Positions 12,179-23,118 of a stretch of 61,777 bases of DNA are shown one piece after another. Source of the stretch: Alphaproteobacteria bacterium (GTDB lineage Bacteria; Pseudomonadota; Alphaproteobacteria; UBA11136); NCBI GenBank assembly GCA_030739855.1, contig JASLYJ010000006.1:1-61777 (forward strand), written 5' to 3'. Each line of letters starts with the position of its first letter. The first letter of the stretch is position 1. The notes beneath the pieces were generated by a model. That model was not told the DNA's origin, searched no databases, and saw only the letters and a program-made list of their open reading frames with translations. The position numbers were made by a program, and so were the translations under genes.

Positions 12179-13617
12179 GACTCCCTCGCCGGTGTTCCGG
12201 AGTCGCCTTCGGCAAGCTGCACCATTTCCTCTGGAAGGACGGCGGCCCATCTGGTGCTGCTGCCCGCACCCATGCATATGACCATGTCCCCGGGCTGGGT
12301 GATCTTGGAGACCATCTCCGCTAGTTGGGAAGGATCTTCAAGCGCCAAAACTTCTCTGTGGCCGAAGGCGAACAGCCCTTTGATAAAGGCGTCGCGGTCG
12401 GCGCCTTTTAGAGGGTCCTCACCGGCGGCATAGACCTCCGATACGATCACCGTGTCGGCGTCTTTAAAACAGGTGCAAAATTCCTCGAACAGGTTCAACA
12501 GGCGTGAGTAACGGTGGGGCTGGATCACGGCGACAACCCGGTTCTCGCCACAGACGGAGCGCGCCGCTTGGAGAACGGCGGCGATTTCCACGGGATGATG
12601 GGCGTAGTCATCAATGACAGTGACACCGTTGGTAATACCGGTCTTGGTAAATCGCCGCTTGACCCCGCTAAAGGTGGCTAAGCCCATGCACATGACATCG
12701 GGATCGATGTTCATTCCCTGACCTACCGCCAGCGCCGCCAGGGCATTCTGTACGTTGTACTCGCCTACCATGGGCAGGTGCATGTTCTTCCACGTGGTGT
12801 TGGTTCCGGACGTGCGATTAGTGGAGACTACGTGGAATCGCATACCCTCGGAATCACTTTCCAGATTGACGGCGCGCATGTCGGCCTGTGGGCTAAGCCC
12901 GTAGGTAATAATGCGGCGGCTGGATACCCGGGGGATCAGACTCTGGACTTCCGGGTGGTCGATACACAGCACGGCAAATCCGTAAAAAGGAATATTGCGG
13001 ATGAAGGTCTCAAAGGCCTGGCGCAAGTTGTCGAGAGAACCGTAGAAATCGAGATGCTCGGCATCTATATTTGTGACCACGGCGATGGTGGCCGGTAACT
13101 TGATGAAGGTGCCGTCGGATTCATCGGCTTCCACCACTATCCAATCACCTTCACCAAGGCGAGCATTGGTCCCGTAGGCGTTGATGATGCCGCCGTTGAT
13201 GACCGTGGGGTCGAGGCTGGCGGCATCGAGGATAGCCGCGATCATGGAAGTAGAGGTAGTCTTTCCGTGAGTACCGCCTACGGCAATGGATTTTTTCAAA
13301 CGCATGAGTTCGGCTAGCATTTCTGCGCGGCGCACCACGGGGATCATGGCGGCGCGGGCGGCGGCGAGTTCCGGGTTGTCGGCGTCTACCGCCGAGGACA
13401 CCACAACCATCGAGGCTTCATTTAGGTTTTCCGGGTTGTGTCCTGTCATCACCGGAACCCCCAGGTTGACTAGACGTTTCACGTTGGCGTTTTCCTGGAG
13501 GTCGCTGCCCTGGACTTGGTAACCTAGATTATGCATGACTTCGGCGATGCCGCTCATGCCGATACCGCCGATGCCGACGAAATGTGTGGTACCCAAGGGC
13601 AGGGGAAGGGCCTTCAT
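12175..13617 (-). CDS. murC: UDP-N-acetylmuramate--L-alanine ligase
   Basis: HFVGIGGIGMSGIA, GTHGKTTST, EADESDGTF and DDYAHHP. ATG 13617 follows GGAGG and overlaps the murG stop. Confidence 0.97.
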   Translation of the reverse strand: MKALPLPLGTTHFVGIGGIGMSGIAEVMHNLGYQVQGSDLQENANVKRLVNLGVPVMTGHNPENLNEASMVVVSSAVDADNPELAAARAAMIPVVRRAEMLAELMRLKKSIAVGGTHGKTTSTSMIAAILDAASLDPTVINGGIINAYGTNARLGEGDWIVVEADESDGTFIKLPATIAVVTNIDAEHLDFYGSLDNLRQAFETFIRNIPFYGFAVLCIDHPEVQSLIPRVSSRRIITYGLSPQADMRAVNLESDSEGMRFHVVSTNRTSGTNTTWKNMHLPMVGEYNVQNALAALAVGQGMNIDPDVMCMGLATFSGVKRRFTKTGITNGVTVIDDYAHHPVEIAAVLQAARSVCGENRVVAVIQPHRYSRLLNLFEEFCTCFKDADTVIVSEVYAAGEDPLKGADRDAFIKGLFAFGHREVLALEDPSQLAEMVSKITQPGDMVICMGAGSSTRWAAVLPEEMVQLAEGDSGTPARES

Positions 13618-14774
13618 GCCACCTCCTCCCTTGGGGAAGGGGCCGTGCCACACGATTTCTGGCTCTTGCCATTAGGTGGCAGTAGCGCCCACGCGGCGTC
13701 GGCAAGGCGCGAGGCGGCATCGGGAATCCCTAGCCTGCGGGCCGCTGCCGCTGCCTTTTGTAGCTTTTCGGGGTTTTCAAGGAAGGAACATAGCATTCCG
13801 GCAAGGGCAGAAGCTGTAAAGTCGCACTCGTCAAATACCCAGGCGCCACCACTCGCCTCGATAATGCGCGCATTGGCACTCTGGTGATTATCCATAGCGA
13901 AGGGATAGGGCACAAGGATGGCGGGACGTCCGGCGGCGGTGGTCTCGGCTACGGTGCTGGCACCAGCGCGGCCGATGACGAGATGGGCTCGATGCAGGCG
14001 TCGTGGCATGTCGTTGAAGAAGGGCTTGACGGCGGAGTCCAGGCCCAGTGCTGCGTAAACACCCCTCACTCTTTTTACGTCCTCGGAACGGCATTGATGG
14101 GAAATACGTAGCCGCGCCCGTAAGACTTCCGGCATAATGGCAATGGCATTGGGCAGGACGCACCCAAACACGGCGGCACCCTGGCTCCCGCCGGTGACAA
14201 GGAGGTTTAATGCCTCGTCTTTTCCCAGAGACGGATAGGAGAAGCTGCGAATTTCAGAAATAGTTTGTCGCACCGGGTTACCGGTGCGCATGGTCTTGGC
14301 TATGTCACGCCTGTGTAGCCGTGCTACTTCCTCAAACGAGGTGGCTATGGCTCCCGCCATAGGTGCCAGTAGCCGGTTAGCTCGGCCCAGAACTGCATTT
14401 TGCTCATGGATCAAGGTGGGTAGGCGCAGCCACCGCGCAGCGAGCATGGTGGGGACGCTGGCATAGCTGCCAAAACCTACAACTAGCGAGGGGTTCAACT
14501 CCCGTAATAGACGCCAGGCCTCGACAATGCCGCGTATGATCCTGGCCATGCCGCCAAGTTTTTCCGCGATCCCACCCGACAGCCGTCCAGCACTGACGGT
14601 GTGTGTAGCTACCTCTCCGGGAAGGGCTCCGAATGGGGCGCACCTGTAGTCTGTGACGAGGGCCAGTTTGCAGCCGCGCGTGACCAGCTCTAAAGCCAGC
14701 GCTTCAGCCGGGAAGACGTGACCGCCTGTGCCACCGGTCGCGAGAGCCACTAGGGGGGAGGTCAGAGCATTCAT
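13614..14774 (-). CDS. murG: lipid II GlcNAc transferase MurG
   Basis: GGTGGHVFPA, HEQNAVLGRAN, GGSQGA and RAGAST. Confidence 0.97.
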   Translation of the reverse strand: MNALTSPLVALATGGTGGHVFPAEALALELVTRGCKLALVTDYRCAPFGALPGEVATHTVSAGRLSGGIAEKLGGMARIIRGIVEAWRLLRELNPSLVVGFGSYASVPTMLAARWLRLPTLIHEQNAVLGRANRLLAPMAGAIATSFEEVARLHRRDIAKTMRTGNPVRQTISEIRSFSYPSLGKDEALNLLVTGGSQGAAVFGCVLPNAIAIMPEVLRARLRISHQCRSEDVKRVRGVYAALGLDSAVKPFFNDMPRRLHRAHLVIGRAGASTVAETTAAGRPAILVPYPFAMDNHQSANARIIEASGGAWVFDECDFTASALAGMLCSFLENPEKLQKAAAAARRLGIPDAASRLADAAWALLPPNGKSQKSCGTAPSPREEVA

Positions 14775-15901
14775 GGCGTTTTTCCCAGCCCGGTGCGGCG
14801 CCGGGTTAGCGCCAGAACCATGCCCATGCCAAGCGACAGTGCGGTCAGAGACGAGCCGCCGTAGGAAATAAAGGGCAGGGTCATGCCCTTGGTGGGAATG
14901 AGATGAAGGCTTGAGGCTATGTTGATGACGGCCTGAAGGCCGAACTGGACCAGAAGACCGGTGCCAGCGAGAAGCACAAAGAGGCTATTTTCCTCCGTCA
15001 AGCGGCTAAAACTGCGCACTATGACGAAGACGAATAGGCCGACGATGGCGAGACAGGCCAACAGGCCGAATTCTTCCCCGGCCACGGCGAAAATGAAATC
15101 GGCATGGGCATCGGGCAGGATTTCCTTGATGGTGCCTTCGCCTGGGCCGCGCCCCGTCAGCCCGCCATGCACGAAGGCTTCCATGGATGTGGTAATCTGA
15201 TAGCTATCGCCTGAGGCGGGATCGAGAAAATGGTCGATGCGGCCAGCTACATGGGGAAAGAGGAAATAGCTCGCTACTAGTCCACCGCTGGCCACGACTG
15301 TGAGGACGGCCGCCCAGGCCAAGGGAAGCCCGGCTAAAAAGAACTGGGTGAACCAGACAGCGGAAATAACCACTGCCATACCGAAATCTGGCTGCATCAA
15401 CAACAGGGAGATCACCAACAGTAACAGCCCTCCCACCAGGAAATTACCTGTGGAGACTTTTTCCAAGCGTGTCTGGGCAAACATCCAGGCGGCGATGACG
15501 ACAAAGCTGGGCTTTACGAATTCAGAGGGCTGTAGAGAGAGCCCACTCCAGCCCAGTGAAATCCAGCGCTGCGCGCCGTTGTGCTCTTCACCAAAAAACG
15601 GGGTCATGACAAGAAGGACCATGGAGCCGATGAAAACAACCACCGCTAGGCGGTACACCTCTTTCGGTGAGAGCAGGGACACTGAGGCCAGAATGAAGGC
15701 CGCCGGGAATATCAGGACAAATTGGCGGCGCACGAAATAGAAGGAATCATAACCCAGCTTGTCGGCTACGGACGGGCTTGCCGTCAGGGTGAGAAGTGCA
15801 CCGAAGGCTACGAGGATGGCCAGCGCGCCCAGCGTCCAGCGGTCCACGGTCCACCACCAGCGGCCGATGACGCTTGTATCAGTGCGCGCGAATCCACTCA
15901 T
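14771..15901 (-). CDS. ftsW: SEDS peptidoglycan polymerase FtsW
   Basis: QPSEFVKP, QPDFG, LPDAHADF and PTKGMTLPFISYGGSS. Confidence 0.96.
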   Translation of the reverse strand: MSGFARTDTSVIGRWWWTVDRWTLGALAILVAFGALLTLTASPSVADKLGYDSFYFVRRQFVLIFPAAFILASVSLLSPKEVYRLAVVVFIGSMVLLVMTPFFGEEHNGAQRWISLGWSGLSLQPSEFVKPSFVVIAAWMFAQTRLEKVSTGNFLVGGLLLLVISLLLMQPDFGMAVVISAVWFTQFFLAGLPLAWAAVLTVVASGGLVASYFLFPHVAGRIDHFLDPASGDSYQITTSMEAFVHGGLTGRGPGEGTIKEILPDAHADFIFAVAGEEFGLLACLAIVGLFVFVIVRSFSRLTEENSLFVLLAGTGLLVQFGLQAVINIASSLHLIPTKGMTLPFISYGGSSLTALSLGMGMVLALTRRRTGLGKTP

Positions 15902-17349
15902 GGGGAGGCTTTCTTCTGGTTGAGGCTAGGCGTGGCAACCTCCTCATGGACATCAATGCCGGCACGTTTGTGGACCATGGCCCGGAAGGCGTCGCCACGG
16001 GTCTCGAAATTACGCCATTGATCAAAGGAGGCGCATGCCGGGGAAAACAGGACCACTAGGGTGGTGCCAAACTTTTCTTCGGTCTTTTTTTCCACCAGGG
16101 CCATGTCCATAGCCCTAGCAAGGGCAGTTTCGAGATCACCCGAAAGGGTCACATCAACCTGTCCTTCCAGGGTTTTGGCGAAGGTATCGGCGGCCTCGCC
16201 TATGAGAAAGACATGGCGGATACGTTCGAACCAGGGGACCAGCCCTTCGATGCCGCCCTCTTTGGCCTGGCCACCGGCAATCCAAATAATGTTTTCATAG
16301 CAGTCCAGCGCCCGTGCTGTTGCGCTGGCGTTGGTAGCCTTGCTGTCGTTTATGAAGGCGATGTCGTTGATGTAGGCTACCAGTTCTTGCCGGTGGGGCA
16401 GGCCGGGGAAGCTGTGAATGCCATCGCGGATCTGTGGCATGGCCAACCCAGCCGCACGAGTAGCGGCGAAAGCGGCGGCAGCGTTCTGGGCGTTGTGGAT
16501 TCCGGGTAGGGAGACGGCGGCGGCCATGTTCATGACTCTTTCTTCGCGGCACTCGATATCATTGACTAGCCAGCCGTCTTCTACGTATACGCCACCCGTG
16601 GCCCTGTTGGCTCCGGAAATGGGGATGGTGAGCGCCCCATCCTTGGCCCTAAAGCTTTCGAATAGCTTGCGGGAGCAGGAATCATCAATGCCGATAACGG
16701 CGGTATGTGAAAGTTGTTGGCCGTTAAAAACCCGTTCCTTGGCACTCATATAGCCCCTTAGACTGCCATGACGGTCCATGTGGTCGGGGCTGATATTGAG
16801 CAATATGGCGATGTCGAAGACCATGGTGGAAATAAGCTCCAGCTGATAGGAGGACATCTCCAAAACGTAGTAGCCACCGGGTCCGACTTCTTCCAGAGCC
16901 ACCGATGGTACCCCGAGATTGCCACCTATCTGCACTGTGCGTCTGGCTTGATCTAGAATATGTCCGATGAGTGCGGTGGTGGTGGATTTACCGTTGGTGC
17001 CTGTAACGCCAATGAGAACGCCGCTAGTGCCGGCGCGGGCCAGAAGCTCGGTCTCACCAATGATCTCGCAGTTAGCAGCTCGTGCGCGTGACACTACCGG
17101 ATGGGGTTGTGGCAGGCTGTGGGGGATGCCGGGGCTCAGCACTAGCGCGGTGATGCACGAGAAATCCTCAGTCATAAGATTGGTCAGCGGCATATTTTTG
17201 GCCCTGGCCCGCTGGCGACATGCCTCGTCGTCATCCCAGGCCAGCACATGGGCGCCGCTGTGGGTCAGGGCGCTGGCGGCCGCTTCGCCAGATCTGCCAA
17301 GTCCCATTACAGCTACATTACGTCCTGACATGGGAGGAATGGAGATCAT
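15898..17349 (-). CDS. murD: UDP-MurNAc-L-Ala--D-glutamate ligase
   Basis: GLGRSG, TGTNGKSTTT, EMSSYQL, NDSKATN and SPACASFDQ. Confidence 0.97.
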   Translation of the reverse strand: MISIPPMSGRNVAVMGLGRSGEAAASALTHSGAHVLAWDDDEACRQRARAKNMPLTNLMTEDFSCITALVLSPGIPHSLPQPHPVVSRARAANCEIIGETELLARAGTSGVLIGVTGTNGKSTTTALIGHILDQARRTVQIGGNLGVPSVALEEVGPGGYYVLEMSSYQLELISTMVFDIAILLNISPDHMDRHGSLRGYMSAKERVFNGQQLSHTAVIGIDDSCSRKLFESFRAKDGALTIPISGANRATGGVYVEDGWLVNDIECREERVMNMAAAVSLPGIHNAQNAAAAFAATRAAGLAMPQIRDGIHSFPGLPHRQELVAYINDIAFINDSKATNASATARALDCYENIIWIAGGQAKEGGIEGLVPWFERIRHVFLIGEAADTFAKTLEGQVDVTLSGDLETALARAMDMALVEKKTEEKFGTTLVVLFSPACASFDQWRNFETRGDAFRAMVHKRAGIDVHEEVATPSLNQKKASP

Positions 17350-17355
17350 CTTCCC

Positions 17356-18444
17356 TTACCTCAGTTTCAACGTTGCCAACCCAGCGAGCGCCAGGATGGA
17401 GGCGATAATCCAAAAACGGATGACAATAGTGGATTCGGCCCAGCCCTTCTGCTCGAAATGGTGGTGTAGGGGGGCCATGTGGAAGATACGCCTTCCCGTT
17501 AGCTTGAAAGAGACTACTTGTATGATGACGGAGACGGTTTCGAGTACGAACAGCCCACCGATGATGGCTAGCACCATCTCATGTTTGGTAATAACGCTGA
17601 GCGTACCCAGCGCTCCGCCCATGGAAAGCGATCCCGTATCCCCCATGAAGATCATAGCCGGAGGCGCATTGAACCACAGGAATCCTAGCCCTGCGCCTAC
17701 CAGTGCCCCGCAGAACACGGCCAGTTCGCCGGTACCGATCACATGGTGGATCTGCAGGTAATCGGAAAAGACGGTATTGCCAACGAGATAGGAAATGAGC
17801 GCGAAACAGCTGAATGCGATCATCACTGGTACGATGGCTAGGCCGTCCAGTCCGTCGGTGAGGTTAACAGCGTTGGCTGCGCCAACCACCACGAAGACCG
17901 CCAGCGGCGCGAACATCCATCCGAGATCGAGCAGGAGGTTCTTGAAGAAAGGAATAGAGAGTCCGGTGGCGAGCGAGGGGGCGGCGATATCCGTGATCCA
18001 CAGGACCACAGCTAGAGCAATGACGATCTCCACTGTCAGCTTAACCGCGCCCGGAATTCCGTGGCTGCTCCGCCACCTAAGCTTGAGGAAATCATCGGCC
18101 GCGCCTACAGCACCAAAGCCGAGGGTGATAACGATGACTACCCATACATAGCGGTTTGTAAGATCGGCCCACAATAGGGTGCTCAGGATCACTGCTACGA
18201 GGATGAGGAGGCCGCCCATGGTGGGCGTCCCCTGCTTACGGGTGAGATGGTTCCGGGGCCCATCGTTGCGGATAGGCTGGCCTTCATTCTGGATGTACTT
18301 GAACCATTTGATAATGGCAGGGCCGATGAGGAAGCTGATAATCAGTGCCGTGATCACCGCACCACCGGTGCGGAAGGTGATATATCGGAATAAGTTAAAC
18401 GCACTGATTTGTTCCGCGAAGGGGACGAGAAGGTTATAAAACAT
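17356..18444 (-). CDS. mraY: phospho-N-acetylmuramoyl-pentapeptide transferase
   Basis: [30 protein letters not shown] and MAPLHHHFE. Confidence 0.97.
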   Translation of the reverse strand: MFYNLLVPFAEQISAFNLFRYITFRTGGAVITALIISFLIGPAIIKWFKYIQNEGQPIRNDGPRNHLTRKQGTPTMGGLLILVAVILSTLLWADLTNRYVWVVIVITLGFGAVGAADDFLKLRWRSSHGIPGAVKLTVEIVIALAVVLWITDIAAPSLATGLSIPFFKNLLLDLGWMFAPLAVFVVVGAANAVNLTDGLDGLAIVPVMIAFSCFALISYLVGNTVFSDYLQIHHVIGTGELAVFCGALVGAGLGFLWFNAPPAMIFMGDTGSLSMGGALGTLSVITKHEMVLAIIGGLFVLETVSVIIQVVSFKLTGRRIFHMAPLHHHFEQKGWAESTIVIRFWIIASILALAGLATLKLR

Positions 18445-18453
18445 GGCCTTGCC

Positions 18454-19875
18454 TTATTTTCCATCAACCACTTGCGGTGTGGCTGTATCCATGTCTTTCA
18501 GCGCCGCTACTACGTCGCGCATACGGCTGCTGTAGGACCCCTTAACGGTAATTACATCGCCTGGCTTGAGCGCAGCTTTGACCATGGGGGCCAAGGCGGC
18601 GGCATTCGCGGCGTGGCCACCGCACATCTCCACGGGCAGGGCGTTGCGCAGGTGTTCCATTTCCTTGCCGGCGGTAAACACCAGGTTAATCTTTGCTCTT
18701 TCCAGATCTCGGGCGAGGCATGCATGCATAGGAGCCGAATGTTCCCCAAGCTCTAGCATGTCGCCTAACACGGCGATACGTCGTCCCGTGCCCTTAGGGG
18801 GAGTGCGGGAGAGAACGGAAATGGCAGCACGCATGGAAGCTAGGCTGGCGTTATAGCTCTCATCGAAAAGATAGAAATCGCCGCTGGGCGTGGACAGACA
18901 GTAATGGCAGCCGCGTCCCTCTATGGCCTTTAGGGTGGATAGGGTTTCGGCAGTTTCCTTTACATCTCCATGAAGAGCGTCTACTGCCGCCAGAACGGCG
19001 AGGCTGTTGATAGCCCAGTGGCGTCCCGGCATGTCCAGGCGATAGCTGACGGTGATGCCAGAGACCTTCGCCGTAATGTGGCTGAAGAGGGGCTGGAAGT
19101 CGCACTCCACTAGCCTGGCATCGGCTTCGGGGTGTGCGCCGAAGCCGATGATATGGGTGATGCCCTGTTCACGGGCGGTTTCGGCAAGCACGGGAAAGAA
19201 GGGATTCTCGCGTGGCAGGATGGCGGCACCATTGCTCATGCCTTGGAAGATTTCCGCCTTAGCCTCGGCGATATGGGCGACGGAGGTGAAGAACTCTGAA
19301 TGTACTGGTTCGACGCTGGTAATGACAGCTACGTGTGGGCGTGCCAGCTCCGACAGGGGAGCGATTTCGCCGGGATGATTCATTCCCAGTTCGAACACAC
19401 CGAAGGCGCTGTCCCTAGGCATGCGCGAGAGGCTCAGGGGGACTCCCCACTGGTTATTGAGGTTGCCCATGCTGGCGGCGGTAGGGCCCTGTGGTTCGAG
19501 AGCCAGCCGCAGAGCCTCCTTGGTGCTGGTTTTCCCTACGCTCCCAGTAATGGCGGTGATGCGTGCTGAGGTGCGGTTGCGGGCGGCTCTGGCCAAGTTG
19601 TCTAAACCTTTTTGTGTGTCTTCCACCAGGAGCAGGGGCCGGGTTTCTTTCGCTTCGTCAAGAACGTGGCTTACCATGGCAGCACTGGCCCCGGAGGCGA
19701 AGGCTTTGTCCACAAAGTCATGGCCGTCGAAATTGGGGCCGACGATAGCAATGAAGAGATCATTTTCCTCTAGCGTGCGGCTGTCTATAGAAACGCCGTC
19801 GGCAGTCCACGGTACGGTTGACTGGCCTCCAGTGGCCGTTGCTGCCTCATCATGTTTCCAGAGAAGCGCGGTCAT
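18454..19875 (-). CDS. murF: UDP-MurNAc-tripeptide--D-Ala-D-Ala ligase
   Basis: SIDSRT, ITGSVGKTSTKE, ELGMNHPGEI, DESYNA and LGDMLELG. Confidence 0.97.
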   Translation of the reverse strand: MTALLWKHDEAATATGGQSTVPWTADGVSIDSRTLEENDLFIAIVGPNFDGHDFVDKAFASGASAAMVSHVLDEAKETRPLLLVEDTQKGLDNLARAARNRTSARITAITGSVGKTSTKEALRLALEPQGPTAASMGNLNNQWGVPLSLSRMPRDSAFGVFELGMNHPGEIAPLSELARPHVAVITSVEPVHSEFFTSVAHIAEAKAEIFQGMSNGAAILPRENPFFPVLAETAREQGITHIIGFGAHPEADARLVECDFQPLFSHITAKVSGITVSYRLDMPGRHWAINSLAVLAAVDALHGDVKETAETLSTLKAIEGRGCHYCLSTPSGDFYLFDESYNASLASMRAAISVLSRTPPKGTGRRIAVLGDMLELGEHSAPMHACLARDLERAKINLVFTAGKEMEHLRNALPVEMCGGHAANAAALAPMVKAALKPGDVITVKGSYSSRMRDVVAALKDMDTATPQVVDGK

Positions 19876-21410
19876 GAGGTTCCATCCATTGCTTCAGCGG
19901 TGCTGGTCAGTGTGGCCCGTGCCACAGCGGTGTCGTCAAAATCATATCTTTCATCACCTACGATTTGGCAGGTTTCATGGCCCTTGCCGGCAATCACCAG
20001 AAGGTCCTTAGGCTTTAGGGCGGCGATGGCGGCGGAAATGGCGTCCGCGCGGTCGCCGATCTCGCGGATGGTGTCACCAGTTTTTGTCAAAATTCCGGCA
20101 AGAATCTGCTTGCGGATGGCACCCGGGTCTTCACCGCGCGGATTGTCATCAGTCACAACGACTACGTCGGCGAGGCGTCCAGCCACCTCTCCCATGAGAG
20201 GACGCTTGCCCGCGTCGCGGTTGCCACCGCAACCAAACACCACATGCAAGCGACCTTCCACATGGGCGCGTAGGGAGCGCAGGGCGTTTTCTAGCGCATC
20301 GGGGGTGTGGGCATAATCCACGTAAACGGGGGCACCGTTGGCATGATTGGCGACCCGCTGCATGCGTCCAGGGGCGCCCTCAAGATGGGTGAGCGCTGTC
20401 ACCGCAGCTTCCTCATCACTGCCGCAGGCCAACACTAAGCCCAGGGCGCACAGCGCGTTGCTGGCTTGGAAGTCTCCCGCAAGCGGGAGCAAAACCTGGT
20501 AGGCGTTTTCGCCTATAAACATGGAGAGAATCTGACCGCTGGGGCCTGGTGTCTGGCTTTCAAGGCGGATCTGGTCGCCCTTGCGGCCAAAACCGATGAC
20601 CCTATTGCCGCGTACGGCAGCGATGCGCGCAAGGTCGTGAAATTCTGGCGTATCGGCGTTGAGGACGGCGGTGCCGCCCTCTTCAAGGATGTCCTCGAAT
20701 AGCCGGTGTTTAGTATAAAGATAACTTTCCATATTGCCGTGATAGTCGAGATGGTCGCGGCTGAGATTTGTGAAGGCCGCTGCACGCACATGCACGCCGT
20801 CGAGACGGTATTGGTTCAGCCCGTGACTGGAAGCCTCCATCACCAGGTGGTCCACACCTTGGCTGCAAAGCATGGAAAGCGTTTTGTGGAGTGCCACTGG
20901 GTCTGGTGTAGTCAGCCCCGCACCTGTACCCAAGTCACCGGTATCTACATTGGTGTGCAACCCTAGCGTGCCCAAGCTCGCTGCTTTGTATCCCAGACGA
21001 TCCCAGACCTGCCGTGTGAAGGCAGCTACCGAGGTCTTACCATTTGTGCCGGTGACGGCAGCGATGTGGGAGGGTTGGTGCGGGTGGAAACGGGCCGCCA
21101 TCAGGGAGAAGGCGCGGCGCGGGTTGCTGTCGGTAAGGACAGGTACGTTTGGAACGCTTTTGTCAGCCTCCACATCTTTCCCGGTGAGAATGGCTACGGC
21201 ACCGCGTTTTACAGCTTGGTTGATGAAAGCACTGCCATCGACCTGCGTGCCGGGTAGGGCGGCGAATAGGTCGCCCGGATGTACCTTACGGGAATCGGCG
21301 CATAGTCCGGAGATGTCCGGGTCCGATGTCAAGGCCTGCTGGGTGGTGTCTGTTACGGTCCCCTGAATCAGCTCAGTAAGAAACACGACTTGGTCCCCGG
21401 GGCGCGACAT
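19872..21410 (-). CDS. murE: UDP-MurNAc-dipeptide--meso-DAP ligase
   Basis: VTGTNGKTS, MEASSHGL, NLSRDHLDYH, DYAHTPD and the DAP-specificity motif DNPR. Confidence 0.97.
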   Translation of the reverse strand: MSRPGDQVVFLTELIQGTVTDTTQQALTSDPDISGLCADSRKVHPGDLFAALPGTQVDGSAFINQAVKRGAVAILTGKDVEADKSVPNVPVLTDSNPRRAFSLMAARFHPHQPSHIAAVTGTNGKTSVAAFTRQVWDRLGYKAASLGTLGLHTNVDTGDLGTGAGLTTPDPVALHKTLSMLCSQGVDHLVMEASSHGLNQYRLDGVHVRAAAFTNLSRDHLDYHGNMESYLYTKHRLFEDILEEGGTAVLNADTPEFHDLARIAAVRGNRVIGFGRKGDQIRLESQTPGPSGQILSMFIGENAYQVLLPLAGDFQASNALCALGLVLACGSDEEAAVTALTHLEGAPGRMQRVANHANGAPVYVDYAHTPDALENALRSLRAHVEGRLHVVFGCGGNRDAGKRPLMGEVAGRLADVVVVTDDNPRGEDPGAIRKQILAGILTKTGDTIREIGDRADAISAAIAALKPKDLLVIAGKGHETCQIVGDERYDFDDTAVARATLTSTAEAMDGTS

Positions 21411-23118
21411 CTACAAACATCTTCCTCTGGACTTCTGGGGCGCCTTCATCAATGGGTAGAATCCCAAGCAGGGGGCCTGTCCTGGAGATTACACGGCGTG
21501 CCACAGGTGCGGCGACCCAGCCTCCGGTGGCATACCCATTGGTTTTTTCAGTGCCCTTTGGCTCGTCGAGCATGACGAACAGCACATATCGCGGTGCGGT
21601 CATGGGAAAGGCACTAACGAAGGAGGACAGAAGCGCCTTGGCACTGTAGTCGCCGTCTACCAATTTCTCGGCTGTGCCAGTTTTACCGCCCACGAGATAG
21701 CCATTCACCTTTGCCCTTTTGCCCGTTCCCTTCGCCACCACAACGCGCATGAGGCGGCGAACCTGCTCCGAGATTTCAGGGGAGAGGACGCGCGAACCGG
21801 GTTCCCCCGTTTCCGGAGGGCGTTCGTCTTTGCCTGTTTCCTTCGGGACACGAGGGAACAGGGTCGCCGGATAAAGAATCCCACCATTGACCATGGCTGC
21901 AGCTCCGGTGGCAAGTTGGACTGGGCTGATAGCGAGGCCGTGGCCGTAGGCTACTGTCATGGTGTTGAGTTCGCTCCATGGCGAGGGCACCAACGGTTTG
22001 CCCACTTCTGGTAGTTCGATGGAGGCGGGGCTGAGTAGGCCTAGTTTCCCGAGAAAAGCACGCTGGCCAGTTGTGCCCACGTCACTGGCCATTTTTGCGG
22101 CACCGATATTGGAGGAGTGAATGAGAATTTCAGGAACTGAGAGCCAGCGACCCTGTGGGTGATAGTCACTGATGGCATCGTGGCCCATACCGATCGGCTC
22201 TGTGGCGTCATAGCCGCCATCCAGGCCCACAGTTCCGGATTCCAGTGCCATAGCTGCAGTAAAAATTTTGAAGGTGGAGCCCATCTCATAGACCCCTAAC
22301 GTCGCCCGGTTGAAGAATGCCTCGCCGTCTCTGTTTCGAGGGTTGTTGGGGTCGAAATCTGGCAGCGAGACTAGCGCTAGGACCTCGCCGTTACGGGCGT
22401 CCATCATCAGCCCAGCACTGCCGATAGCCTGGTGGTGCTGATGTGCTCTGGACAGTTCCTCGTGGAGGATGCTCTGGACCCGGATATCGAGAGATAGGCG
22501 AATAGGCTCGGAACTGCTACGCAGTTCCTTGTTCATGAAATGCTCGACCCCGGCCAGGCCGTGGTGGTCGTTGCCGGAGAACCCCAGCACGTGGGCCGTC
22601 AGGTTGCGGTGGGGATAGATCCGTTTTTCCTCATTCTGGAAATCGAGGCCGAGAATGCCGAGGCTGTTGACGGTATATTTCTGGCGTGGTGTCAGGTGAC
22701 GGTAAATCCACACGAACGAGCGATCGGAGGCGAGCCGACTACGGGCAAGTTTTTCTTCAAGGTTGGGCAGGACGCTTTTGAGTTTGTCAACAGCCTCGTC
22801 GATATCGAGAATTTGCTGCGGATGGGCGTAAAGCCAATGAGTGCGTAGGGAAGTGGCCAGCAGAATGCCGTTACGGTCAAGAATGTCGGCGCGTTCCCTT
22901 TTTAAGGTGCCTAGCTCGGTGGCCTGAACCAGGCGGGGCTCGTGGCCATCGTGCATCATAGTCAGACCAATAAGCCGGGCACCAATGACGGTGAAGGTCA
23001 CGAGGAACAGCGCGCCGATCATCAGGAGGCGGTTACGCGCGGTGTCCAACGCCTGTTTGGTAATGCCGTCGAGCGCCTGGCAGCCTTTCGTATATGAAGG
23101 AGGATTCTGTCGTATCAT
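21373..23118 (-). CDS. ftsI: penicillin-binding protein 3 (septal transpeptidase)
   Basis: RADILDRNG and catalytic motifs SxxK (GSTFK), SSN and KTG. Confidence 0.95.
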   Translation of the reverse strand: MIRQNPPSYTKGCQALDGITKQALDTARNRLLMIGALFLVTFTVIGARLIGLTMMHDGHEPRLVQATELGTLKRERADILDRNGILLATSLRTHWLYAHPQQILDIDEAVDKLKSVLPNLEEKLARSRLASDRSFVWIYRHLTPRQKYTVNSLGILGLDFQNEEKRIYPHRNLTAHVLGFSGNDHHGLAGVEHFMNKELRSSSEPIRLSLDIRVQSILHEELSRAHQHHQAIGSAGLMMDARNGEVLALVSLPDFDPNNPRNRDGEAFFNRATLGVYEMGSTFKIFTAAMALESGTVGLDGGYDATEPIGMGHDAISDYHPQGRWLSVPEILIHSSNIGAAKMASDVGTTGQRAFLGKLGLLSPASIELPEVGKPLVPSPWSELNTMTVAYGHGLAISPVQLATGAAAMVNGGILYPATLFPRVPKETGKDERPPETGEPGSRVLSPEISEQVRRLMRVVVAKGTGKRAKVNGYLVGGKTGTAEKLVDGDYSAKALLSSFVSAFPMTAPRYVLFVMLDEPKGTEKTNGYATGGWVAAPVARRVISRTGPLLGILPIDEGAPEVQRKMFVDVAPRGPSRVSY